Below are positions 28,405-37,637 of a DNA stretch of 64,000 nucleotides, one piece after another. A program made the position numbers and the translations under genes. Numbering within the stretch: the first letter of the stretch is position 1; every line of letters starts with the position of its first letter. The DNA lies in IMG/VR virus record IMGVR_UViG_3300012931_000759, positions 248,001 to 312,000 of that record; one strand, given 5' to 3'. The notes beneath the pieces are model-generated. The model saw only the letters and a program-made list of their open reading frames with translations, had not been told where the DNA came from and did no database searches.

Positions 28405-29337
28405 ATGGATTTTGTGGTAATGTTCGACAAGAAATTTATGGTCGAGGGTCTTGTCTGCGTGTCTTCGATACTTGAGTATGGGCCGGACGCAAAGGTGTTC
28501 GTCCTATGCTTAGACCAGGAAGTGGACAAAATTGTCCAGCGGCATCTGTCGTCCGATCGCGTCGTTTGCATCCAACTCCTGGAGCTGGAGTACAAATACC
28601 CGGCCATAGCGGCCACCAAACCGTCAAGGCCGTGGGCTCCTTACACCCAGTCGCTGAAGCCCTTCCTGCCCGAGTACATCTTCAATACCCACGGAACCAA
28701 GGCGTTAACATACGTCGATTCGGACATGCTGTTCTGGGGCGATTGTAGTGAAATCGATCGCGAGATGGGTGACTGCTCCTTCATGGTGACCTCTAGGGGG
28801 CAGGACCCCCCTCCGGACTACGGGTATTTCAACGGGGGTTGCTTCTCTTGCCGCGACGACCGGAACTGCCGCTTGTTCCTAACCTGGTGGCAGGATCGGT
28901 GTGTGGAATGGTGCCTGTGGCAGACTGGCCCTAACGGAGCGTTTGGCGAGGAGGGGTACTTGAACATCATTGTTACTGAGCCGAATAGGTTTGGTGGCAT
29001 ACACGTGTCGAGGCATCCCGGCATTAATCTTGCTCCTTGGAACGTAAAAATGCATAAGCTTGAGAGTTGGAACGGAGGTTTTGTGGTAGATGGCCATTTC
29101 CCGCTAGTATGCTACCATTATCAGGGATTCGGCGGTATCAAATTTCCTTCCGCGATGCCGGTGGATATGATGTTCAAGAAACTCACTGCCCTATATGCCC
29201 CGTACCGCGACAAGCTGTCCGCTACAACCAAGGTGACGGCAGCCGTCCTGCCTCCGGAAAACATGGCACTCGATGGGCGGAAGATTTACCAGGAAGGCGG
29301 TGTTTACAGGAAAAGGATGAGGGCCAACCTCCTGTAA
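28405..29337 (+). CDS. Putative GT-A glycosyltransferase (paralog of 35941 and 36783)
   Basis: Start at ATG 28405. YVDSDMLFW (DxD), FNGG, WQDRCVEWC, HPGINLAPWN and YHYQG are shared with two downstream paralogs. Confidence 0.75.
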   Translation: MDFVVMFDKKFMVEGLVCVSSILEYGPDAKVFVLCLDQEVDKIVQRHLSSDRVVCIQLLELEYKYPAIAATKPSRPWAPYTQSLKPFLPEYIFNTHGTKALTYVDSDMLFWGDCSEIDREMGDCSFMVTSRGQDPPPDYGYFNGGCFSCRDDRNCRLFLTWWQDRCVEWCLWQTGPNGAFGEEGYLNIIVTEPNRFGGIHVSRHPGINLAPWNVKMHKLESWNGGFVVDGHFPLVCYHYQGFGGIKFPSAMPVDMMFKKLTALYAPYRDKLSATTKVTAAVLPPENMALDGRKIYQEGGVYRKRMRANLL

Positions 29338-29339
29338 AA

Positions 29340-29710
29340 ATAGGGAAAACACAAAGACTTCCAAATACACAACCGACCGTTTAAAAAGGAGTAATCTTCC
29401 CTTTTTTCTTTGTTTCTGCTGTCAAAAATCTATCAATAGATTGGCATTAAGGGCAAGATGCGACCTAGGATCAAACCACAGCTTGTAAACAAATGTATCC
29501 ATTGTACTTGCAAGGTTATCTCTTCGCGATGTGATGAATGCCTTAGATACCAGCAGTGCTGTAGTTTTTTTTTTGAGCGTTTGGGAGCGCAACGGGACGT
29601 TACAAAGGGAACGTGGAGCAGGCAGTTGCCCTGTCCAAATTGAATGATGTCTCGATTCCAAAGGCGATACAGTGGTGTCGAGAAAACCGTTTCAGGATCT
29701 ACATTCCTAG
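29340..29710 (+). pseudogene. Decayed zinc-ribbon + HTH gene (endonuclease-associated type)
   Basis: Three successive frames give CFCCQKSINRLALRARC / CIHCTCKVISSRCDEC / LSKLNDVSIPKAIQWCRENRF. AT-rich, with a T10 run at 29565-29574. Confidence 0.35.
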
Positions 29711-29783
29711 GGAATCCTTGGAGATTTGGTATTTCATGGGTTTTCTTGTCTGTGAAATGCTATTGCTACAAATGGGGCCCACA

Positions 29784-29969
29784 ATGAGCGAATTGTCTAA
29801 GTATGCGGAACGAAAGCAGATTAACATCCGGTTGGAATTAGAACTCCACGATTTTCTAGTAGAGTACGCCAGGCAGAACTACAAAACCGTCACGGCCGTC
29901 GTGCGTGAGATGATAGCCGCCCTCTACCGACAGCACCAGGCGGCACAGAAGACTGCGGACGATGAATAG
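29784..29969 (+). CDS. Ribbon-helix-helix (Arc/CopG-like) DNA-binding protein
   Basis: KQINIRLELELHDFLVEYARQNYKTVTAVVREMIAALY fits the beta-alpha-alpha RHH pattern. The start is more likely 29784 (or 29772) than 29613. Confidence 0.7.
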   Translation: MSELSKYAERKQINIRLELELHDFLVEYARQNYKTVTAVVREMIAALYRQHQAAQKTADDE

Positions 29970-30038
29970 GCGCATGGACGCGATGGCTATGCTGATGGGA
30001 TTTCATTGACGGTGCTTGCCGCCATGTACAATTGCGAT

Positions 30039-30201
30039 GCGGTTGCGGAGCAACCGTGGATCGAAATTTAAATGACGCGCGGAGAATTTATCTCCGTGCC
30101 TTGATGGCTATATCTGTTCCTGCGGATAGCAGGAATACAACCGTCTATCAGCTTTGCTCAACTATGGATAAATCCAGATAGGCGGAAAGGTAGCAGAAAG
30201 C
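30039..30201 (+). ncRNA. Putative structured RNA leader upstream of the glycan operon
   Basis: Four consecutive 7-9 bp stems plus a nested 4-bp stem in about 150 nt of non-coding DNA (see findings); no known family recognised. Confidence 0.4.
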
Positions 30202-30203
30202 AA

Positions 30204-32474
30204 ATGAAAGTAAGATGGCACACAATGGCCGGCACCAACCATTCGTGGGCGTTTGTAGCCCAGGCCTTGGCACGGGCGATGAAACAGAGTGGTCATTCTG
30301 TGTTCATCAAATCGACAAACGGTCTAGAGCATTTTCCCGAAGACCTGAAGCCTCTTCTTCTGCCGGGCTATCACAGCCACCCCTCGTTACCAGAGGTTGC
30401 CTTCCTTGGCGAAAAGGGCATCACCAACTCCTTGTCTGATATTCCCAGTTGTGACATAAGAGAGTCTCCAGACCAGAACAGGCCATACGACCTGGAACTC
30501 GCCTACACCATCCTCTACCAGATACCGCGTCGGTTCTATGCCGAATCGGCATGTAGAATGGTTATTTGGAACTTCGAGAGTTCAATCATGCCCCCTGGAT
30601 GGCAGATGTATCATCGCGGCGTGGATTACATCCTACCATCCAGCCAGTACTCCTCAGATATTTTCCTCCAGAATGGTGTACCGGCCTCGAAACTTGTAGT
30701 TGTGCCGCATGGCGTGTACCGTGAGATGTTCCACCCCGGCATTCCGCCGTTCAAACTTCACACACAGAAGCGGATCAAGTTCCTACACAACGCAATCCCA
30801 CACCACCGCAAGCTCCATGAACGCGTCATCGGGGCGTATCTTGACGCATTCACCGGGGACGACGACGTGTGCCTGGTGCTGAAGACCAAGTTCCTCCAGC
30901 CTTCCAAGGACAAGCCCTTCGAGGTCGACGTGCGCGAAATCCTGGAACGGAAACTGAAAGGCTGCCCGAATCCGCCCGAGATCGAGGTGATCACATCCTT
31001 CGTCCCCGATATCGGATCGCTCTACACTGCCTGCGATGCGGTCGTCAGTATGAGCTCGTGTGAGGGCTATTGTCTTCCTTTGCTTGAGGCCTTGGCTTGC
31101 GGAAGTGTAGTTATCGCGCCCCGGCATGGCGGCCAACTTGATTTCCTGGATGACAGGAATGCGCTACTCGTGGACACTGGCGAGATGAAGGCTCCCTTGA
31201 GTATGCAGTACTGGACGCATGCCCCGGAGGCCGTCGTGGGCGACCCTAGCGAGAGGCATTGCGCCGAACTCATGCGGCGCGTATACGCCGATCCGGCGGG
31301 GGAAAAGGCGCGCGTCGCCGAGGCAGCTCGCGTGACAACCGAGCGGTTCACGTGGGAGGCGGCAGCCAAACAGATCGTCGACCTGGCCGAGACTCGCATG
31401 ACCGAAAAGGCAATTTCTCCGTCGCCCCGCAAGAGAAGCGTCCTGTACGTGGTGCCCTACGACATGGCCGGTGGCGGCGAAATGTGGGTACGCGAGACCA
31501 TCAAACGCCTCGACAAGAGCCGGTACGAGCCGAGCGTTGTGTTTCCGCTGGGAGCGAGGCCCGAGCTGGTCGCCCTGTTCAGCGACCTCGGGGTGCCATG
31601 CGACGACCTGAGGAACCAAGGGACAGGCAATGCGCTGAAGTGTATGATCGAGTCCGGCAAACCTGACATCGTCCATTTCTACAACAGCCTACAGGTCTAC
31701 AGCCTCCTTATGCGCACGATCCAGGAGGGTGCGTGGGGAGGCAAGCTGGTCGAGACCGTACACAGCGAACTGATGTGGCCGGACTCGATGATGAAGGTCG
31801 CCGCACGACGCGGCGTCTCCATGATCGTCGGCGTCTCCGAGACCATCTGCGCGCGACTTGCGCGCCTCGGCAATCCGAATGTCAGGCACCTTCCGCAGCA
31901 GGTCGCATGGGACCGCTTCTCCGTCCCGAGGGGCAAGGAGGTTCTCGGAGAGATGGGGTTACCCACCGACAGGTTTACTGTGGGTACGGTGGCGCGCCTC
32001 TCGCCCGAGAAGAACATCCCGATGGTCCTGGCCTGCGCCAGGGCGATGCCCGACGCGCTGTTCGTGGTCGTGGGTGAGGGCCCGCAGGCCACAGTCCTGA
32101 ATGGAATGGCTTCCGGCCTCGCAAACGTGGTGTTCGCCGGACGGCGATCCGACGTCGAACGGTTCTATGCCGCCTTCGACGTCCTGCTTCTACCATCCAC
32201 CATGGAGGGTCTGCCGCTCACGATACTCGAGGCGATGGCGGCCGGGACACCGGTCGTTGCCTCCAAGGTCGGTGCCATTCCCGAGGTGGTGTCCGACGGA
32301 ACGAACGGTTTCCTGGCCTCCAAGGCGCAGGAGTACGTGGCGGCCTTGGAGAAGCTGCGCGACCCGGCATCCAGGGATAGCATGGGCAAAAATGCCATGG
32401 CGCTGGCTGACATCCTGAGAATGCGCGGCAACACCCAGAACATTAATACATTGTACGACTCGCTATTCAGGTAA
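30204..32474 (+). CDS. Double GT4-type (GT-B) glycosyltransferase
   Basis: Two GT-B units: SSCEGYCLPLLEALACG and PSTMEGLPLTILEAMAAGTPVVAS, each with the EX7E motif. Confidence 0.9.
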   Translation: MKVRWHTMAGTNHSWAFVAQALARAMKQSGHSVFIKSTNGLEHFPEDLKPLLLPGYHSHPSLPEVAFLGEKGITNSLSDIPSCDIRESPDQNRPYDLELAYTILYQIPRRFYAESACRMVIWNFESSIMPPGWQMYHRGVDYILPSSQYSSDIFLQNGVPASKLVVVPHGVYREMFHPGIPPFKLHTQKRIKFLHNAIPHHRKLHERVIGAYLDAFTGDDDVCLVLKTKFLQPSKDKPFEVDVREILERKLKGCPNPPEIEVITSFVPDIGSLYTACDAVVSMSSCEGYCLPLLEALACGSVVIAPRHGGQLDFLDDRNALLVDTGEMKAPLSMQYWTHAPEAVVGDPSERHCAELMRRVYADPAGEKARVAEAARVTTERFTWEAAAKQIVDLAETRMTEKAISPSPRKRSVLYVVPYDMAGGGEMWVRETIKRLDKSRYEPSVVFPLGARPELVALFSDLGVPCDDLRNQGTGNALKCMIESGKPDIVHFYNSLQVYSLLMRTIQEGAWGGKLVETVHSELMWPDSMMKVAARRGVSMIVGVSETICARLARLGNPNVRHLPQQVAWDRFSVPRGKEVLGEMGLPTDRFTVGTVARLSPEKNIPMVLACARAMPDALFVVVGEGPQATVLNGMASGLANVVFAGRRSDVERFYAAFDVLLLPSTMEGLPLTILEAMAAGTPVVASKVGAIPEVVSDGTNGFLASKAQEYVAALEKLRDPASRDSMGKNAMALADILRMRGNTQNINTLYDSLFR

Positions 32475-32488
32475 GGTGGCGCAGGGAC

Positions 32489-35400
32489 ATGGATGAGATT
32501 AACCCTAAGTTGTGGGACGGCGACTTCGGGGAATTGCGCGAAGGTGAGGGCGAGGGCCGTCAAGGTTGCCGCTTGGAGGGGTCGAGCGCTTCCGCGAACG
32601 TGCCACTTATCGGCATTGAGCCCTGGTCGGTGTACCGCTTCCAAGTAACCTTAAGGAACGCGGGTGGAAGCGGTCGGCTGTGCTTTAATCTGCGCGTCAA
32701 TGGCCAGGATTTTCCGCCCGCCATGCTCGACTGTCCAGCCGACCCGCTTTGGCGCGTGTTCGAGGTCGATGTGGCGACAGCCCGGTGCGTCAAGGGTACA
32801 CCGGGCATCTTTAGGATCCATCGTCTTCCCGTGGATTCGGGAACGATGCTCGTAGGGCGTATCGCCGCAGAAAAGTTGCCGCATGGCGTCGGGCCCACAC
32901 CTGAACCTAGGTTAGTGGCCACGGAAGGCAACATCGGCATCTGTGCGCCCGTCGCAAAATACGCTGTGTTGATGGAGGAAGGTATGGATGAGTTCGACCA
33001 GCAATTTTGGCGCGGTAAGAACCTTGTCGCCAAGAAGGACGATCGGGGCGCAAAATGTCTCTCCATGGAAGGCGACAGATCCATCATATTCGTGCCCGTC
33101 AAGGTAGAGCCGAACTCGGTGTACAGGTGCCAACTCGACCTAAGGCGCGAGACCGGGAATGGCAAAATCTACTGTAACCTCTACGCCAACCGAAGTTTTG
33201 ATTTCCCACACATCTCCCTCGCGTGCGAGCTGGGCAGCTGGGGAACCTACGACATCCAGGTCAGGACCGGGACTTTTCCGCCCAACCTCCCCATTGTGCT
33301 GAGGTTGTGGCGGTCGCCTGCGGGAACCGGATCCCTGCTCGTGAAGCGCATAGCGCTCGAGAAGCTGCCGCCGGACGCGCCTGCCGAGGAGCCGAAACTG
33401 GTGGTGTCCTCGTCTGTCGAACGGCTTATGGTGGTCCTTCCGCCGACGGTGGAAAAGACGATCCCTGCGCCCAAGGGGATACGCGTGCCGCGCGCAAACA
33501 AGCCGCCCCCGATCGAAGTACTTCCACACCGCAAAAGAGTGCCCGACCTGCCCAACAGGCTGTCCTACTCGCGTTTTGAGCGGGAACCCACAAAAGTCCT
33601 CGTTGTGTCAGAGATGGGGGACGAGACGGCTATGCGGGAGGCCTTCGAGGCCATAGGTATCTCATGCGAGGGCGCAGCCATGGCCGGAAATGTATCGCGG
33701 TTCCCCGACATGGCGCAGAGCGCCGCCGCGAACTGGATCCACTTTCACATCCGCAGAGGAACACTCTTAACTCCGGAGATTGTCGATGGGATCAGAAACG
33801 CCAGGCCGGGCATCGCAGTCACTATGTGGGCGCAACCCGGATGGCCGCTTTTCGACGCGGCATTGCTCCGGGTTCTCCGCGCCGCCGATCTTGCGCTGGT
33901 TGGTGGTGACATCGAGCTAGCCACCTGGCGCGCTGCTGGATGCTTTAACGTCGAACTGTGGGATCCGGGTGCTACAAACTTGTCCCCTTCCGGCGAGGAT
34001 TCTGGATACGATGTGGTAGCGGTGTCAGACGATCCGTCCGATCCACATTCAGATCTTGCTGCGGCGCTGGCCGGGAAGTTTGGCGCGCGTGCCGTCTTCG
34101 CGCCTAGGGAGGATGTTGGCAGGCGTGTTGCCCTGGGCGGAGTCGGTGTAGCAGTGTTCGCAGACCAATGGCCATCACGCAGCCTGTTCGGCCTCATGGC
34201 CACCGGAATCCCAGTGGTTGCTAGGCGGTCCCTTGGCACCATGGAGTGGTGTCGGAACGGAATCGACCTTCGCCTTTTCGACACCCCTGAGGAATGCGTA
34301 GCTATCGTTTCCCAGCTGCTAGACTGTCCCGAGGTCGCGCAGACTATTGGCGCGGAAGGGGCAGCCCTGGCTGCCACCCATTCGCGGATCGCACGCGCCA
34401 AGGAGCTAGCCACACGGCTCGGGTGCTTTGAGACAACCATGACCTGCTTTCCCAAGGACCGGACATCCTACACGTTCGGACATGTGCTCTGTGCCATGAA
34501 AGCGGCACCCCCGGAGCTGATGGGCCGCAGTGGCAACGGGGAGGTGGATGTTTCAACCGCTTCGTTCGCCGAATGCCGCGATCTTGAAGCCAAGATCATC
34601 AGATCCAACCCGGATCTATTACATATCCATCTGGAGGACGAGGACGACGGTCTGCCTTGGCGCGACCTGCTGATAGATCTCCGCAGGCGCATGCCGCATA
34701 TGCTGGTTACAGTGTGGCATCATGGTGGCCAGGGGGTCGACAGGAGGATGATGGATCTGCGTTTCCTGGTTGACCACATGTTTGTCGGGGATACAGAATC
34801 GCTGGCACGCTACCGCGCGGAGTCTATCGTAGGCGTCGCGGAATGGAGTGCCGGGGTAGCCCCTTCGGAAAATCCTATAGCTTTCCGCGAGGCCTTGTAC
34901 ACCCTTGCCAAGAGTATGGGGACGAGAAGGGACACTTTCCTCAGGGGCGCAGACGGACAAATGGTTGACCTAACAGTGTTTATCGGCACCTGTAACCGGT
35001 ACGACCAGCTACGGAGAGCGGTCGAGACAGCGCTTGCCTCGGCAGGCAATCGAACAATAGAAATCATCGTGAACGATGCCGGATCCACCGATGGAACACA
35101 GGATTGGATGCGCAAGATGGCAGTCACCGACAAACGGATTGTTCCAATCTTCTCCGGTAAACGCACAAGTTTCACACAGGCCTTCAACGAGGCTCTACAG
35201 ATTACAAAAGGTAAGTACATCTGCTGGCTCAGCGACGATATAGTATCAGAGGGTCAGTCCCTATCCGACATGTGCTCAATTATGGACGAGATCGAACCCA
35301 TGGACATGGGCGGGTTCTGCGTACGCAACTCCTGGGGCTACGAGTACACAGTCAGGAAGGACACCGGATTCTATTTCCCGCCAGTTGGGTGTGTATACAC

Positions 35401-35938
35401 GGAAACCATGCGCAAACTCAACGGTTTCAACATGGACTATCCGTACTACTCCCAGGACACCGACCTCGCCATGAGGATGTTAAGGCTTGGCGGGAGGATC
35501 GTGGCTTGCGTAGGCTGCCGCCTCCTACACAACTGCCAGAACGACGAGCTGCGTCGGAGCAATTCGGCAAACCACACAAACGCGATGACGGATGTCAAGT
35601 ATAACCTCGCGGCCTGGCGGCCTGGGGAATACGCCAAACTTCCCTATCCCAGCGTGCTTTTGGTTCCGACCGGCGGCTGCGGGCCAGAGGATATCCTCCG
35701 GATGGCAAGGGCTATCAGGGCCCAGTATTCACATTCGCACATGTCCGTAGGCGGCGAAGCCTCGGAACGTCTGGATACGCGCGGATCGAACTCCTTCCTG
35801 CGTAAAATCCCGACAGCCAATTGTCGGACGCCCTTCCTGTTCGACCTTGTGGTCGAGGTTGTGCCGGGCGGCGGCAATCTTGTGCGCCCATCCGACAGGT
35901 TAGATATACCTTTTGTGCGCAAACTCTTACAGGGATAA
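32489..35938 (+). CDS. Multidomain glycosyltransferase: two tandem beta-sandwich repeats + CgeB-like GT-B region + GT2 domain
   Basis: Residues 1-131 and 166-294 are homologous repeats. The central region resembles the spore-maturation CgeB/Glyco_trans_1_2 type. C-terminal GT2: TVFIGTCNR..IIVNDAGSTDGT..ICWLSDD. Confidence 0.75.
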   Translation: MDEINPKLWDGDFGELREGEGEGRQGCRLEGSSASANVPLIGIEPWSVYRFQVTLRNAGGSGRLCFNLRVNGQDFPPAMLDCPADPLWRVFEVDVATARCVKGTPGIFRIHRLPVDSGTMLVGRIAAEKLPHGVGPTPEPRLVATEGNIGICAPVAKYAVLMEEGMDEFDQQFWRGKNLVAKKDDRGAKCLSMEGDRSIIFVPVKVEPNSVYRCQLDLRRETGNGKIYCNLYANRSFDFPHISLACELGSWGTYDIQVRTGTFPPNLPIVLRLWRSPAGTGSLLVKRIALEKLPPDAPAEEPKLVVSSSVERLMVVLPPTVEKTIPAPKGIRVPRANKPPPIEVLPHRKRVPDLPNRLSYSRFEREPTKVLVVSEMGDETAMREAFEAIGISCEGAAMAGNVSRFPDMAQSAAANWIHFHIRRGTLLTPEIVDGIRNARPGIAVTMWAQPGWPLFDAALLRVLRAADLALVGGDIELATWRAAGCFNVELWDPGATNLSPSGEDSGYDVVAVSDDPSDPHSDLAAALAGKFGARAVFAPREDVGRRVALGGVGVAVFADQWPSRSLFGLMATGIPVVARRSLGTMEWCRNGIDLRLFDTPEECVAIVSQLLDCPEVAQTIGAEGAALAATHSRIARAKELATRLGCFETTMTCFPKDRTSYTFGHVLCAMKAAPPELMGRSGNGEVDVSTASFAECRDLEAKIIRSNPDLLHIHLEDEDDGLPWRDLLIDLRRRMPHMLVTVWHHGGQGVDRRMMDLRFLVDHMFVGDTESLARYRAESIVGVAEWSAGVAPSENPIAFREALYTLAKSMGTRRDTFLRGADGQMVDLTVFIGTCNRYDQLRRAVETALASAGNRTIEIIVNDAGSTDGTQDWMRKMAVTDKRIVPIFSGKRTSFTQAFNEALQITKGKYICWLSDDIVSEGQSLSDMCSIMDEIEPMDMGGFCVRNSWGYEYTVRKDTGFYFPPVGCVYTETMRKLNGFNMDYPYYSQDTDLAMRMLRLGGRIVACVGCRLLHNCQNDELRRSNSANHTNAMTDVKYNLAAWRPGEYAKLPYPSVLLVPTGGCGPEDILRMARAIRAQYSHSHMSVGGEASERLDTRGSNSFLRKIPTANCRTPFLFDLVVEVVPGGGNLVRPSDRLDIPFVRKLLQG

Positions 35939-35940
35939 AT

Positions 35941-36780
35941 ATGGACTTCTGTACATACTTCGACTCCGCGTATCTGATCAAGGCCAAGGTGTGCCGACAT
36001 ACGCTGATATCTAGGACTCCAGTCAGACTTTTCGTGCTATGCCTCGACGACAAGGTGGCAGAGGTCGTGTCACATTGGCCGGAGACCGTGGCCATATCAC
36101 TGTCTGATATCGAAACCTACCGCCCTGCCCTCTTAGGGGTAAAGAGCCGGAGGCAGTCCAAGGAATATTACGCAACGATTACGCCAATCCTGCCACAGTT
36201 CATCTTCGACCAGTTTGGCGTCCGAACACTGTTCTACACGGATGCAGACATGGCCTTCTGGTCACCAGCCGAGGAGATCGCCGAGGTCATGGGCGACAGG
36301 TCCCTGCTAGTGACGCCGCACGAAAACCCGATTGCTGTGGCTGGAGGGGCCGGCTTTTTTAATGTGGGCATCCTTGGATACCGAAACGACCACAACTGTC
36401 GGGTATTCTTGGAATGGTGGGAAGCTAAGTGCCTGGAGTGGTGCGAGTGGCGCGCCCTGCCTGACGGAAGATGTGCTGATCAGGGATATTTATCGATTCT
36501 CCATGCTCAACCGGACTGCTTCGCGGGTGTGGTAACCAATCCTTCTCCCGGAATCAACCTTGGTCCATGGAATCTAGCCCTCCACGGCACGGAAAAGAGG
36601 GATAGCATGATCATACTGGATTGTCGACATAACCTAGTATGTTACCATTACCATGGATATAAGAATATGGGGGGCACATGTGTAAATGACACGGGGTGGG
36701 AAGTGTCCTCCTGGAATATGAATCACATCTACCTCCCATACCATGACCTAATCTTAAGGGCACAGGCGGGGACATTATAG
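35941..36780 (+). CDS. Putative GT-A glycosyltransferase
   Basis: Start ATG 35941 (MDFCTYFDSAY); FYTDADMAFW, FNVG, ADQGYL, GINLGPWN. Confidence 0.75.
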   Translation: MDFCTYFDSAYLIKAKVCRHTLISRTPVRLFVLCLDDKVAEVVSHWPETVAISLSDIETYRPALLGVKSRRQSKEYYATITPILPQFIFDQFGVRTLFYTDADMAFWSPAEEIAEVMGDRSLLVTPHENPIAVAGGAGFFNVGILGYRNDHNCRVFLEWWEAKCLEWCEWRALPDGRCADQGYLSILHAQPDCFAGVVTNPSPGINLGPWNLALHGTEKRDSMIILDCRHNLVCYHYHGYKNMGGTCVNDTGWEVSSWNMNHIYLPYHDLILRAQAGTL

Positions 36781-36782
36781 AC

Positions 36783-37637
36783 ATGGACTTCTGTACATAT
36801 TTCGACAGCGCATATGCGACAAAGGGATGGGTCTGCCACAGGACACTGATCGACCGCAGCCCAGGATCCCGATTGTTTGTGCTCGCCTTGGACGATAAGA
36901 CTCTGGCGCAGGCCGAGGATCTTGTGGGCAGGAGGATTGTGCCGGTCAGGCTGGCGGACATCGAATCATACTGCCCAGCGCTATTGGCTATAAAGGAAAC
37001 TAGGCAGCTCAAGGAGTACTACGCGACGATCTCTCCGGTGCTGCCCTTGTTCCTGTTCGACCGGTTCGGGATGGAGACCGTATTCTACACCGATGCGGAC
37101 ATGGCCTTCTGGTCGGAACCGGAGGAGATCGCGGACGTGATGGGCGATAGTTCACTGATGGTCACCGACCACGGGTTCGAGCCGCCTAGGACAGGAGTGC
37201 GCTTTAATGTGGGAATCCTCGGCTACAGGAACGACGCGTACTGCCGAGAGTTCCTGGAATGGTGGCGCGACCGCTGCCTGGAGTGGTGCGAGTGGCGAAC
37301 CCTTCCGGATGGGAGGTGTGCAGATCAAGGATATCTAAACATCCTCCACGACCAGCCCGGAAGGTTCAAGGGCGTGCTGTCGTGCCCACAGCCAGGCATC
37401 AACCTTGGGCCATGGGGGATAGGCAGGCATACGATTGCGGCCGAGAGCGGGCACCTGAGAATCGACGGCAGGCACAATCTGGTCTGCTACCACTACCACG
37501 AGTTCAGGATGACTGGACCAGACTCGTATTACCCGACTGGCTGGAAACACACGGCAAGCGACAGACGACTTGTGTATGAACCGTATTTCGCGCTGACTCG
37601 CCAAGCTATGTTCGGCACCATATGGAGCAGCAAATGA
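36783..37637 (+). CDS. Putative GT-A glycosyltransferase (tandem duplicate of 35941)
   Basis: MDFCTYFDSAY start and the same motifs, with obvious DNA-level similarity to the upstream gene. Confidence 0.75.
   Translation: MDFCTYFDSAYATKGWVCHRTLIDRSPGSRLFVLALDDKTLAQAEDLVGRRIVPVRLADIESYCPALLAIKETRQLKEYYATISPVLPLFLFDRFGMETVFYTDADMAFWSEPEEIADVMGDSSLMVTDHGFEPPRTGVRFNVGILGYRNDAYCREFLEWWRDRCLEWCEWRTLPDGRCADQGYLNILHDQPGRFKGVLSCPQPGINLGPWGIGRHTIAAESGHLRIDGRHNLVCYHYHEFRMTGPDSYYPTGWKHTASDRRLVYEPYFALTRQAMFGTIWSSK

Noticed and set aside
29420-29442. Palindrome AATCTAT-CA-ATAGATT and a minus-strand TTGACA as RHH operator/promoter
   Set aside because: No -10 element at proper spacing, single occurrence, and it lies inside a decayed gene about 340 nt from the RHH start.
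29991-30070. Hammerhead-like CTGATG...GAAA core
   Set aside because: It reads CTGATGG rather than CTGANGA, and I could not form stems I and III.
29983-30111. GATGGCTAT (would encode DGY) twice in the intergenic leader
   Set aside because: The two copies are in different frames among stop codons. A 9-mer repeat here may be chance, and no credible ORF contains them.
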